A stretch of DNA of 64,000 nucleotides from Octopus sinensis (Eukaryota), in contig NC_042997.1 in the NCBI RefSeq assembly GCF_006345805.1, positions 75,082,001 through 75,146,000 on the forward strand, read 5' to 3'. Positions 1 through 12,663 of this stretch are shown here, one piece after another (position 1 is the stretch's first letter; every line of letters begins with the position of its first letter). The position numbers and the translations under genes were made by a program. The notes beneath the pieces were generated by a model. The model worked only from the letters and a program-made list of their open reading frames with translations. It ran no database searches and was not told where the DNA came from.

Positions 1-432
1 TTGTTGATGTTGGGAAGTACTGTTTGTTCGTGCTTCCCCTGTAAATCTTTTTGTTTTTTCCTCCTTTTCTTTTTTGGAGGTACTATGTTCCATTCTCCTT
101 TGTTGGAATCAGAGCTCGCACAATCCGAGATCTCTTCATCCGGCAAAGGAATGGTTGAGGGGTCTGCTTCAGTAGCAGGACGAAAACTTTTTGTTTCCGC
201 CGGTATCGGTGGTGCCGCTGCTCCTGTTACTGTTGATGTCGCTGCTGTCGACCTTCGAGGTACTGGTGTCGGTGTTGGTTTGCTGGTGGTTGTCGGTGTT
301 GGTTTGCTGGTGGTTGTTGTTGTTGGAGGTGGTGTTGTTCGTCTTGGTGCTGGTGTTGGTGATGGTGTTGGTGGTGTGGCAGCCTTTGCTGTTTCTTGCT
401 GTTTTTGTTGTTGTTTCTGTTGTTGTTGCTTG

Positions 433-472
<40 letters not shown>

Positions 473-1484
473 GCCTCTTGCTGAAAGCCTCCATCCTCTT
501 TTTGTGAATGGGACAGTCCCTCTTTAAGTGGCTTTCGCTGCTGCAGAGAAAACATTTTGGCTTTCGCCCCTCCACAGCAACGTTTAGCCTGGTGCCGTCC
601 GGCAAACTTACGAAATCAGGGACTTTACTTATATTCTCTTGCTGAATTTGCGCAAGAAGCAGCACTCCCATCCCCAACCAGTTTTTCGCGCCCTCACTCT
701 CCTGACATCTAGAATGGTGGTAGTGTCCTCTATATCATAGAGGACAGCTGCCACCAGCCATGACATATTTAGCTCAGGGGGGACGAGGTCGATTTTATTT
801 TTGTCACTCTTCGCCCGAGGTGGGTTGGAATTAGTAACAAATTCTCAGTTTGCAAGGGCGAAATGGCGTTCGCCCTTGCCAGCTCCTCTGTTGGGAAGCG
901 AACCTCCACGGTTCCAAAACGCTTCCCCTTGGTTACGTAGCTCTTTTGGGCCCAAATGGGCTTTAGAGCTATCTCCAACTGTTGGGGTGTGGCATTTGTT
1001 ATTCTTTTTAGTTTTCTGTCGAAAACTTTGTAAATTATTGTTTGCTTGTTGGTGCTTTCAATCACCTCTTGTGGAGTATGAGGAAGATACCATTGCCATC
1101 CTTCCTTAACAATTCCTTCGCTCTTTTCACATCTTCTAGAGTTATCTTAACTTCCTCCGAAATTTGCTTCGCAGCAGAAGCAAAATTGTTGGAAGTTTTT
1201 TCTTTTATCTCCGTGTCAATGTTTGTGATGATTTTTGTATTTGTTTTTTTTTCCTCCTCCTTCCGTACCAAAGCATTAGGTGAAGGCAGAGGGGGAAAAT
1301 CGAGAATTACGTCGAACGCGACGTCCTGGCTTGCATTCTCCTTTTGAACCGAGCTCGTGCTCTGCGGTTCGGAAGGAGAATCTTTGTTGCCTTTTAAGGC
1401 GTGAAGTGGGTGTTTTGTACGAGTTGTGTGTGTTTGCGGAGGGAGTGTATCTTGAAGGAAGGAACAGCCAACTGTTCGCTTCAT
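1..1484 (-). mobile_element. Tx1/L1-clade LINE ORF1 (degenerate; RRM-like region plus CCHC zinc knuckle), running off the window edge
   Basis: Minus-strand frames give ...SYVTKGKRFGTVEVRFPTEELARANA...LLLIPTHLGRR and, at ~510-556, KPKCFLCSSESHLKRDCP (CX2CX4HX4C), followed by a T/N-rich tail. Homologous to 10055-10740 and ~23960-25450. Confidence 0.8.
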
Positions 1485-1723
1485 AGCTATGTTTTTTTTT
1501 TGTTGTAATATTCAAAATGTTGAAAAATGTCAAATGTTCAAAATTTTAAAACGTAATTTCACCCCGAATGGGGCAAAATTTCGCCCAACCGACGAGCTCC
1601 GCAAGAAGCCGGTCGGTTTGGCTACAAAAATATTAAAAAATATTCAAACCTAACAATAGATTTCCAATGAAATTGGTGTCAAATTCACGGAGCTGATTCA
1701 CGTACGTCCATCGGCGTCGGAAG

Positions 1724-1725
<2 letters not shown>

Positions 1726-1801
<76 letters not shown>

Positions 1802-1828
1802 GAAGAAGAAGAAGAAGAAGAAGAAGAA
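1726..1828. repeat. (AAT)n plus (AGA)n microsatellite
   Basis: Directly visible trinucleotide runs. Confidence 0.95.
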
Positions 1829-1870
1829 ACACACAAAAGCCGTTCGATTCACTTCAACATTTAAGTTTAA

Positions 1871-1921
1871 TTTGTCAAAATATTTTCGTCGCTATAAGAC
1901 CGCGACCTGTTCACTGACAAA
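1871..1921 (-). ncRNA. Type-I hammerhead ribozyme, G3:C8 core variant
   Basis: Minus strand: tttgtca-GTGAACA-g-gtcgc(ggtcttata)gcgac-GAA-AATATT-T-tgacaaa. 7-bp stem I, 5-bp stem II, palindromic stem III. Confidence 0.7.
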
Positions 1922-3469
1922 AATCCGTGCTGCATCTGAGAAAGTAACAGTTAGTTCGTTATATATATGTACGTATGTGTGTATGTATGTATACACGCAT
2001 GTATGCATGCATGTATGTATACACGCATGTATGCATGCATGTATGTATATATGTACGTACGTACGCCTGTGTGTATGTATGTATGTATGTATGTGTGTGT
2101 ATATGCACGCACATACACACTATAAACTTAAAGCTATAAACCTGTAGTGATGGATAGATGTAGACTGACCACTCATCACAACAATATCAAATTTCAACCC
2201 CCCCCCCTCCGAAACTAGGAAGTGATTTACGACCCTCACCCCCAAGACAAAACTCTAAGACCTATTATCAGACATTTATCTCTATATCACAAAACTTTTG
2301 TTTTACTATTGCTTATCTTTTTTTTCTTTTCTTTTCTCCCTTACATCTAGTTAGTTCAGGTTATATATATACACGTATGTATGTATGTATGTATGTATGT
2401 ATGTATGTATGTATGGTATGTATGTATGTATGCACGTACGTACGCATGTGCGTATGTATGTATATGGGCATGTATGCATGTGCCTATGTATGTGTGTGTG
2501 TACATGTATGTGCGTTTGTACGGGTGTATGCTCATACGCAGGTATGTATGTATGTTTGTACTTATGTGCTACGTATGTATGTGAGTATCTGGAGAATGGG
2601 CAGACGCGTCTGTGTGTGTGTACATGTGTATGTGCATGTGAACGTATGTCCGTGTACTGGTATGTGTCCGTCCAAGTTGTGTTCATGACTGTTTCTTTGT
2701 TGAAGGTTGTATATATACACACATGTTTGTATAGACGCACACACATATATATATGTGTGGGTGTGTGTTTGTTCCTCTCATCATCGTCTAACTGTGAATG
2801 GATACAACGTTTAGGTGCAACTGTGCACATATAACCATATACATATACACAAGTACACACAATCATATAGACACACTCATAAATATACATATAATCTTAA
2901 ATTATATACTCATATATTCTTATCCACTTCTACATACATATGTCCTATTACACACATACAAACACACACACACGCACACACATACATACAAAATACGACA
3001 CAGTATACAAGGGCAACGGTTAAAAAACGAACATGCATTATATTAACCTATCTGCTCTTTTTTTTTTTATTTTATATATGCATAAACGCATACAAATACA
3101 ATACATACATACATCCATACATGCTCATATGTGCATGCATGTGCATTTTTTTATAGCACCACACATGCACATACGTATCAAACAACGTACGCTCATACGG
3201 TTATATATAACTGCACATAAGTGTTTTAGCACCATGCATTGCAACATGTATGTGAGGATTACATGTAAACGAGAGAGAGGGGTGGTAGAATGGTCCACCT
3301 GAATGGGATCTGGATGTTACTCCATTCGGATTTTCGGTTGAGAGTAGGTTTGTATTATTGTATACAAACAGCTTCTGTGACCTGTCTCAACATTGCATCG
3401 GTGCGATGTGTTGATAGGATGTTTAATTTAATTTATATATATATATGTAATATATATATAATATATATA

Positions 3470-3693
3470 TATATGATATATATATGTATGATATATATAT
3501 GTATGATATATATATGTATGATATATATATGTATGATATATATATGTATGATATATATATGTATGATATATATATGTATGATATATATATGTATGATATA
3601 TATATGTATGATATATATATGTATGATATATATATGTATGATATATATATGTATGATATATATATGTATGATATATATATGTATGATATATAT
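3470..3693. repeat. 15-bp tandem minisatellite (ATGATATATATATGT)n
   Basis: About 14 near-perfect copies. Confidence 0.95.
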
Positions 3694-4058
3694 GTTTCGT
3701 TTTTGGATTTGATTTGCAAGATTCTTCATATGAGTTCATGTGTTGAAGCATATTCTTTTGTGATTGGGAAGAGTCATTTTCTTTTTGTGCCTTATAATTT
3801 AACACACTCACCGCTAAAATTTCCTCTTATTTCTTATTTTTATTTTCCTTAAATTTTCGTTGCATCTTGCAATCTTTTCAATAGCTACTCCTGTGCCTCT
3901 AGATATGTTTAACGTATATAAATATATATATATACACATACATATATATTACATATATATATATACATACATATATATTACATATATATATATTACATAT
4001 ATATATATTACATATATATATATTACATATATATATATTACATATATATATATATATA

Positions 4059-4112
<54 letters not shown>

Positions 4113-4132
4113 TACATATATATATATATATA

Positions 4133-4193
<61 letters not shown>

Positions 4194-4211
4194 TATATGT
4201 GTTTACTCCGG

Positions 4212-4364
<153 letters not shown>

Positions 4365-4365
4365 C

Positions 4366-4430
<65 letters not shown>

Positions 4431-4433
<3 letters not shown>

Positions 4434-5050
4434 CCGGAGTAAACACATAAATGTGAAACAAGGTGGAAAAAAGAGTACTCAAATACCAGTGGTAGAGTAA
4501 TGTGCTTTATTTTAAGCAGCAGAAAATTCAACAAAATCTGTTACTCTGAGTTTCTCGTTGCCGTTCATCAGACAGTTTTTGCTAGAATGGAAACGATATA
4601 TCAATTCAATCTAGACTCTTACAAACGCTACACCTTTAAAAAAAAATTGACTTGTTTGATTGGCCCTTTAGAAAAAACGGTCAATCTTCGAGCGATAAAC
4701 AAAAAGGTCAAAAATATATGTATATATACATAAAAACTTATAAAAATTATAAAATTCGAGGAAAAAACCTTACCTTGAATAAAATATATATTGACGTTAA
4801 TGAAGAAAGCATAATTAAAGCATAGAAATTAAAACCTATTATAAATATTACACTGCAATACATATTTATATTAAAGTGTACATATATATATCAACATACA
4901 CAGAAGGATGCGTGCAAACGCCATACATATACAGACGTATAAATATAAATATAAAATATACACATAAATGCATGCGTACATATATGCACGCAATCCATCT
5001 CGCACGCAAGTTAAAATCATCTATGTAGCGATTCTCATATACTGAGTTAG
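4431..5050 (-). mobile_element. Penelope pLTR-like / non-autonomous HHR-bearing repeat
   Basis: Carries an HHR at 4538-4575. Its terminal ataccggagtaaacac (4431-4446) recurs inverted at 4199-4214 across a (TA)n tract. Confidence 0.5.
4538..4575 (-). ncRNA. Minimal type-I hammerhead ribozyme
   Basis: Minus strand: ctgt-CTGATGA-a-cg(gcaa)cg-a-GAA-ACTC(A)GAGT-A-acag. Intact core, GUA cleavage triplet. Confidence 0.75.
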
Positions 5051-5164
5051 GGGGACGTAAAGTTGCATCAGTATCAGTTGGAGAAAAAAAACGAAAGAAA
5101 GGAAGAGAGAGAAAAATGAACGAAGAAGGGGGAAGGAAAAAAGAAAAAGAAGGGGTGGGGAAAA

Positions 5165-7101
5165 AAACGAAATAAGAAAATTAGAAGCCTGCGAGAAAGA
5201 CCTTTTCGAGCTTATTAGGAAAATTAAATTCCGCAAATATACCAACCAATTACAGAGAAATATGAGAGAAAAAATTAAGGAGATTAACAACTCGAATAAG
5301 ATCTTCATTAATTCTGATAAGACAAGGAACTTATATGCACTTGATAAGGACGTTTATAAGCGCCTGATTTCGAATAGTGTCACAGACACATACAAAAAAG
5401 ACAACACCAATATATACAAAGAGGTGAACTTAAAAGCAAGAGGAATAGCTAAGATTAGCGATAGGATTGAATATCTTTCACCACGACCAGCTTTTATTAC
5501 TCTGAAAGACCATAAAGCCAATTTTAGTAGAAACCCCAAATGTAGATTGATAAATCCGGCTAAAACTGAGATAGGAATTATTAGCAAAAATATTTTGGAC
5601 CGTATTTTAGTTAATTTAGATAGTAGACTTGAGAATTTGGAAGAATAGTAAGTCAGTCATAGAGTGGTTTAAAGGTATTAGCTATAAGAATAATTGTAGT
5701 TTCACACAATTCGACATTATTGACTTTTACCCGTCAATATCTAGGACGTTGCTCCTAAGGGCATTGGACTTCGCCAAGCAGTATGTCAACATCGATAGCT
5801 CGGAAATTGATATTATTATGCATGCGAGGAAATCGCTTCTTTTTTTCGAGGATTCCACCTGGATTAAGAAGACTGAGGATTCTCTTTTCGATGTACCGAT
5901 GGGGGCATACGACGGGGCTGAGTTATGTATGCTCATAGGAGCCTTTATTCTCCATAATCTAAAAATAGAATTCCTATTTATAGATGCAGGTTTATATAGG
6001 GATGACGGCCTTATAGCCACGCATAATCTAAACGGCCATGAATCGGATAGACTTAGGAAGGACCTCATTGCTTTCTTTCAAAGGATGGGCTTACGGGTTA
6101 TAATAGATGCTAACCTGAATAGTGTAGATTTTTTAGACGTAAATTTTAATGTAAGGTCGGATAGATTTAAACCTTTCCGTAAGCCCAATGAAAAGCTATC
6201 GTATATTAGCAAAGATTCGAACCATCCACCAGTTATCCTTAGGAACTTAGTCAGCAATGTAGGTAGAAGAATATCTTCAATTTCTTCGGACGAGGCAGCA
6301 TTCCATAATGCTGCACCTTATTACGATAGCGCATTAAAGAATAGTGGATTCTCTGAGAAGATCCAGTACAACCAGCTTAATGCTGGTAATAATGCTGCAC
6401 GAAGAACTAGGACCAGGAAAGTTTTGTGGTTCAACCCGGCTTTCAATTTGGCCGTAAAGACTAATATAGGTAAGGAATTTTTGAGATTAGTCTCTAAGCA
6501 TTTTAAGCAGGGTCATAAATTCTATAGGATATTTAATAGAAGAACCCTGAAGGTTAGCTATTCTTGTTGCAGAAATTTCGCCTCTTACATTAGCCAGCAT
6601 AATAGGAAGCTAATTGAGATTAGACATGGTGCCGAGCCCATTAAGAAATGCAATTGCCAAAACGAAAGCTCCTGTCCGTTAGAAGGGAAATGTCTAGTGA
6701 AAGGAGTAGTTTATAGAGCCAAGGTGCAAGTAGAAGGCTCATCGGAATACAAGACATACACAGGGGCTTCAGAAAATTCATTTAAAACACGATTTTATTC
6801 TTATAAAAATTCATTTAAATACCCAGAGAATAGGAAGAGGACCAGCCTAGCAAAATATGTCTGGGAACTAAAAGAAAAGGAAACCCCACCTTTCAACGTG
6901 ACATGGAGCATTCTGGACAGAGCGGCACCATACAGGCATAGAGCATACAAAAATAATTTTAAGTGCAAACTTTGCCTATTAGAAAAAATGTACATTTTAT
7001 TCAAAGACAATAATTCTTTGAATCAAAGAAGTGAGCTAATGAACTTATGTAGGCACGCGGCTAAATTTAAAATGTCGAATATAAATATACCATATGGATA
7101 G
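5165..7101 (+). mobile_element. Penelope-like retroelement, Naiad-type: RT plus C-terminal GIY-YIG endonuclease; 5'-truncated, one frameshift near 5630
   Basis: Motifs DKTRNLY, AFITLKDHK, CRLINPAKTEIG (5262-5648). Then FDIIDFYPSI, PMGAYDGAELC, YRDDGL, KCNC..SSCPLEGKC, GVVYRA..TYTGASENSFKTR, CKLCLLEK, LNQRSELMNLCRH (5629-7101). Confidence 0.9.
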
Positions 7102-7713
7102 AGTATATATTTTGTATTTTTGATTTTTGAAATTTTGATTTTGACTCTTGAACTAGTATGTAAACGCTACGATGGATTTTGTTGCACGCTATGCAGATTT
7201 TAATCCGTATAGCAAAGTCTTATATTTCCATATATACATTAGGAAAAACCTTCGACTTTGTTTATTTCATGTTATTGTATTGTATAGGATTACCTTGATT
7301 ATTTATAGATGATCCAAAATAGGGTGTTATATTTTATTTTATATGTCTTTCGTATATATTTTTATTTTTTATTATTGCACTCATTTTTTTAAAAAAAGCA
7401 ATGTTGTCAAAAATTAGAATTTTGATATAAGTATGTGTATAGCCATGGATATGTATTTGTAAGCATGCGTATCTGTGTATGTGTAAGTGAGCGTATGTTT
7501 GTGCTTAAGCACACATATACACGACTGTATGTGTATGTATCCATTCGAACTTGTGTATTTGTATACTTGTCTCCATATATGTCAATAATGCCGTTACACA
7601 GCTTGTATACATAATTTTTTCTTATTTCGTTTTTTTCCCCACCCTTCCTTTTTTTTACCCCTTTAACGAAAATATTATTTGAATTTATCTTTAATCTGGT
7701 CATTTTAATTTGC

Positions 7714-8652
7714 ATGATGGCATCGTGTGTTATTCCGTGCGAGCTGAGTCTGTATGACGGGATTTCGAGATTTCGGCAAAACGATGAAACAGCATTAGAA
7801 TTTTTTCGGGAACATGGAGTAATACCAAGAAATGTGAATTGCCCCACGTGCAATTCACCGTGTATTCTACGAAATGGAACAGAAATATTTCGTTGCAGGA
7901 AAATGGTTCGCAGAAGAAGACAGAAGGCGACAGAATGTGGTTTTTCTGTTTCCATATTTAAGAACACCTTTTTGAATCGGAGTCGATTACCCCCATGGAA
8001 AATTCTTTTGTATGTAAACCATTTCTTAACAGAAGGTTGGTCGCACCAAGCTGTTATGGAGAATTTAGATATAACGCTTGCCACGTCCTTCTGCTCTGAA
8101 GTCTGTCTTCATTGGGCCGCAAATTCCCAAGCACCAATTGGAGGGCCAGGGATCGAAGTAGAAATAGACGAGACAGTCTTGGTTAGGAGGAAATATAACA
8201 GGGGGAGACTTGTGAAAACTATTTGGCTATTTGGCGGAATCGAAAGAGATTCCAAGAAAAATCTTTTGATACCCCTGACATCGGAATGTGGTGAAATTCT
8301 AAGGCGAGATTCTTCCACACTAATTCCATTAATTAGACGCCACATTCAACCTGGTTCAACTGTATATAGTGATTGTTGGCCCGTATATAATAGGTTAGAT
8401 ACATTAGGCTACACGCATTTTCAGATAAATCACAGCCAGAATTTTGTAGATCCAACAAACCCATCTATACATACACAGACAATAGAAAGATTTTGGGGGA
8501 GCTTAAAAAAAAACGTCATAAGGGCAGGAATTAAATCGTGTTACTTAAAACAATATGTAGCTACATACCAATTCATGCAAGCTTTCCGCCCTGCTCCCAA
8601 AAGGATTCATGAATTTTTATTGCAAGCTGCGAATTTGTATCCTGGACAATAA
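7714..8652 (+). CDS. Merlin (IS1595/ISXO2-like) DDE transposase
   Basis: Open 312-aa frame: N-terminal CPTC..C Zn-ribbon, VEIDET, RRKYNRGR, WLFGGIER, VYSDCW, INHSQNFVDP, HTQTIERFW. Confidence 0.9.
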   Translation: MMASCVIPCELSLYDGISRFRQNDETALEFFREHGVIPRNVNCPTCNSPCILRNGTEIFRCRKMVRRRRQKATECGFSVSIFKNTFLNRSRLPPWKILLYVNHFLTEGWSHQAVMENLDITLATSFCSEVCLHWAANSQAPIGGPGIEVEIDETVLVRRKYNRGRLVKTIWLFGGIERDSKKNLLIPLTSECGEILRRDSSTLIPLIRRHIQPGSTVYSDCWPVYNRLDTLGYTHFQINHSQNFVDPTNPSIHTQTIERFWGSLKKNVIRAGIKSCYLKQYVATYQFMQAFRPAPKRIHEFLLQAANLYPGQ

Positions 8653-8900
8653 AGATGTTCGACCAATTTCCAAGTGGCTGCTGTAACAACTGACAACGTT
8701 AAAGAATTTGAAATAGAAGCGTGGTAGATTTGTTGAAAATAATCAGCAAATCTACCACGCATGTGGTAAGTACAGATTATATTTTCCCAATATTATTGAA
8801 TGTCACAGAATAATTATCAATCGCAACTTCAAAAATTCAAATTCCATTACTTCAGTTTTCACTTTTTGTTTGTAAAATAAAAAAAAAATATATATATAGA

Positions 8901-9283
8901 CTAGCAGTATCGCCCGGCGTTGCTCGGGTTTGTAAGGGAAATAACTATAAAGCATTTTTAGAGAGTTATAGCCAAAAAATAACAAAAAAATTGAAACAAA
9001 ATTATGGTAAATTTATTTTTGAGAGTTAAAAGGGTGGAGTTGCGTCCCCTAGACAGTCTGTGGTTTGTGTTTCTGATTCTCGACCCCATGTCGAATTTAT
9101 CGATTTTTTTCAGAACTGGGGGAACTTTTCAAAATTTTCGCTGCGTTAGTTTTGAATTATGACATTGGGCTATGTGTGTGTCAAGTTTCATCAGAATCGG
9201 TTGAAAGCCGTGGTCAGGGTGAGGGTACAACCTGACAGACACACAGAAACACACACAGAAAAACTGCCGTTTATATATAGAGA
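8901..9283 (-). mobile_element. Non-autonomous Helitron-like element
   Basis: On the minus strand it starts A|TC at 9284/9283. It ends with hairpin cccgagcaacgccggg and CTAG|T (8904-8900), the canonical Helitron termini. Confidence 0.65.
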
Positions 9284-9368
9284 TTTTTAGAGAGTTACTT
9301 CCCTTATGCCAAAAATGCGTTAAAAATGGTGAAAATTGATGGTAAATTTTTCTTTAAATCGTAGGCAA

Positions 9369-9951
9369 TTTTCCGAGCCCCCTTCCCCCCCCCCGTTTGT
9401 CAGCGCGCTTTTTTTTCGTCATATTCCTTCAATATACGATGCCTTACACCTGTTACACATATTTTTTTCCATTTTTGCCACCTGGGCGTGGATCCTCTAC
9501 GGTTGATCCTGGGAATTTTCCGAGCCCCCCCCCCCCCCCCCCCCCCCCCCCCCCACCCCGTTTGTCAGCGCGCTTTTTTTCGTCATATTCCTTCAATATA
9601 CGATGCCTTACACCTGTTACACATATTTTTTTCCATTTTTGCCACCTGGGCGTGGATCCTCTACGGTTGATCCTGGGAATTTTCCGAGCCCCCTCCCCAC
9701 CCACCCCCGTTTGTCAGCGCGCTTTTTTTTCGTCATATTCCTTCAATATACGATGCCTTACACCTGTTACACATATTTTTTTCCATTTTTGCCACCTGGG
9801 CGTGGTAAATTCTGCGGTTGATCCTGGGAATTTTCCGAGCCCCCTCCCCACTCCGTTTGTCAGCGCGCTTTTTTTCCGTCTTATTCCGTCAATATACGAT
9901 GCCTTACACCTGTTACAGATATTTTTTTCCATGTTTGCCATCCGGGCGTGG
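9369..9951. repeat. Four tandem ~150-165 bp repeats with poly-C tracts, adjacent to the Helitron-like element
   Basis: ttttccgagcccc...gtttgtcagcgcgc...gatgccttacacctgttac...gggcgtgg starts at ~9369, 9517, 9680 and 9831. Confidence 0.9.
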
Positions 9952-10054
9952 ATCTATATATTAACCGAAGTTTCGCCATGGTAGTTGAAGGTGAAAAGGA
10001 GAGAAGTGGACATGACAAAAAGGAAATGATATCAGAAAAGGGCACAGAAAGTGA

Positions 10055-10740
10055 GTGGGTGGTGATGTAAAGTTGTCACCTCCACAGAAAGTTATGGAGA
10101 ATATAGAAAAGAAAACAACTGTTTATAAAGTATGTTCAGTGGAACAGAAGAAGGTAGACCAGATAGAAGCTGAAACAATTGAAAAGGCGTTGAGTGCAGT
10201 AACAAAAGATATGGTATTTTTATCAAGAGGGAACAAATATGGAATGGTGGTGGCCCAGTTCAAGACAGAGGAAATAGCAAGGAGGCTGGCCGTAAATACA
10301 GTAAATTCAGACAAAGTGGTCCTTCTACCCATGTATCTCAGAAGAAGGACATCCAAGATCAGGGTAGAGGGAATTCTGACTGATAAAGATGCGGCTTGGG
10401 TTGCAGCGACCGTTCTCCAAGCCACAGAAATGGAAGAAGGGAAAGACTTTGGAACTGATTATCCACGCAGAGGCAGTATCCCTAGAAAATTTGGTGGAGA
10501 CGGTAACTGTTGGAGACATAAGTTTGAGAGTGTTGGTGGAAGGTAGAATCCCTCACTGTTTTAAATGTGGCCTGAAGGGCCGCATAAGAGCAAAATGCCC
10601 TCCACCGATCAAAGTAGCTGAAAGACTGCAACCCCAGGAGGAGCCACTGGTTGAGTGCCAAGAAGGATTAAAGGAAGATGGAGTAGTGCCAGTGGTGGCA
10701 GAAAAAGAAAAAGAAACAGCAGAAAATGAGTGGGAGACAC
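10055..10740 (+). mobile_element. Tx1/L1-clade ORF1 fragment (degenerate)
   Basis: GNKYGMVVAQFKTEEIARRLA..VVLLPMYLRRR, then GRIPHCFKCGLKGRIRAKCP (knuckle with H>R) after a frameshift. Confidence 0.75.
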
Positions 10741-12235
10741 ACAAACACAGCGACACACAAGAATTTTGCCCACACACAAACACACACACGTCTGTACACA
10801 CAAACACCGACTCACACATACAGACGCAAGCACTGACATAATTTTGCACACACACGCCTGTACACACAAACACAGACACACAAGTACATAGACACACAAG
10901 CACAGACATATACAAGCAAACATACGCACACACACACACTGGTGATCTTTCGTTACAAGAACACACGACTGCTATTGTGTTTATTTACATTTGTGAAGAT
11001 GATCGTCGATTTCCGTAAATTAAAACAATTTTTTTACATATGGAGTTGTGGGAAATGGGATCTTTTGAAGTTGGCGTGAATCGGAAGAATTGATGTACGT
11101 GTGTGCGTGCGCGCATGCGTGTGTATGTGTGTGAGAAAGAGAGAGAGAGAGAGAGAGAGTGTGTGTGTGTGTGTGTGTGTTTGATGGGGTGTGCGAGACA
11201 GAAAGTGTGGTGTGTTAGTGAAGTGCTTTCGTTAGTGCGTGTGAAGAGATAGAGAGTTTCTAAAGAGCTCCAAATTCGTAAATATAAAAAAGTTATGAGG
11301 GGTTACATCATAACTCCGCCGGTTTCTCCTAACCTTTTCCGTTCTCTGAAATTCCCACGGGTCCTACTAATCATTAATAATACTGTCATCAAAAAGGCAC
11401 TACTTACATACAGAGGTCCCGACGCATCTACGTAATCCTAACTCTAAAACACTAGCTGTGCGTATTCTTTACTTTCGCCACCCTAACCCCAACGAGTGTG
11501 CACTGTAAAAACATCGTTACTTAGATGTATCGGGACCTATTTAAATAGTGCCAAAAAAAAAAAAAAAGGTGGGTATGTGCTAGAATGAATGCTGTAAATA
11601 ACTTTATTGCGGCATGTTGTGTTGCTGGGTTCCTTAGATGGGAGGATGTTATTGAGAATTTGGGCAGCGTTTAAAAACAATCTTTATATGTTTGGAAATT
11701 ATTCAACGGCAATTCATCATCAGCTTTTTATATTAAAGTAACGCATCGCGAAAATACTGGTAATTATTGTGGCATCGATAGCCCTAATTTCTCCATGTCC
11801 TAATTCTAGAGTTTGAAGTATCCTTAACAATATCAGTTGTATTATTTCTACATTGTCAAGTCATGCAGTACATTGACATTACGTTCTTATATAATTTCTG
11901 TGACATCAACACATAGATCGTAGACATGATTAATAAATTTTAACTTTATTGACATGATGCACTAAGGAACGTAGGTTTTCCTATAAGGTGGAAGTATTCA
12001 ATGGAAAAAAAAACAACACTTTTTACATTTCGATTCAGAATTGATTAACACCAACTCTTAGTCCTTGTGTTGTTCACGCTGGCAAACAGCGTCCGGTCTC
12101 TACCTTTCGTCCAACCAGTCTTGAAACCAAGAGAAAGTAAGAGGCTGTGAGTATTGTCCATCCGAGCATGACTGCGCATAAAAAAATTGTTCTACTAAAT
12201 TAGGAATTGTAATAAAAGAGAAATGGTTAAATTAC

Positions 12236-12442
12236 CTGGAAAACTCCGGTTGATGATAGTGTAAAGAGCAGCATACGAATGTCACCCTTATTCAAAAATT
12301 GGTGTATTAAATTTGCATTGGCTTCAATGCTGTACATTTTAATCCATTTGTCCGATTTTGTATTCAACGTCATTAAGACATATTTTGCCATGGCCACAAC
12401 ACGGTTGTCAGTAATATCAGATAATTCATCGTCCAGCGACAT
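12236..12442 (-). CDS. Probable first coding exon of an axonemal outer-arm (beta-type, DNAH9/11/17-like) dynein heavy chain
   Basis: MSLDDELSDITDNRVVAMAKYVLMTLNTKSDKWIKMYSIEANANLIHQFLNKGDIRMLLFTLSSTGVFQ resembles the D.R...YVL..L..K.DKW.K....E.N......F..K.D...L N-terminus of beta dyneins (from memory). It is exactly 69 codons ending at a CAG|GTAATT phase-0 donor. Confidence 0.7.
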
Positions 12443-12663
12443 GATTACAATGGAAAATTTAAACCGTTAAAGAACTAGCGTTTTCTGTATTTTAGAATAC
12501 TGCAACGGCACGTGAAATAGTTGGCAGTTACTGGTTAAAAGCGTAAATTTATGCGAGTATGAATCTTTTATTTGGCTTTCACGTTTTAAAATTTTAAAAT
12601 TTAGTGAACATTTTTTAATTCAGTTTATTGATGTGATTTTTTTGACGCTGAATCTCATGTTAA

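Noticed and set aside
1-507. 168-aa and 97-aa plus-strand ORFs with poly-Cys/Val
   Set aside because: Antisense reading of the (ACA)n-rich LINE ORF1 tail.
7100-7330. SECIS element after the Naiad ORF
   Set aside because: No in-frame TGA in the ORF and no convincing AUGA/AA/GA SECIS fold seen.
12495-12535. RFX X-box upstream of the dynein exon
   Set aside because: Only partial half-site matches, expected by chance.
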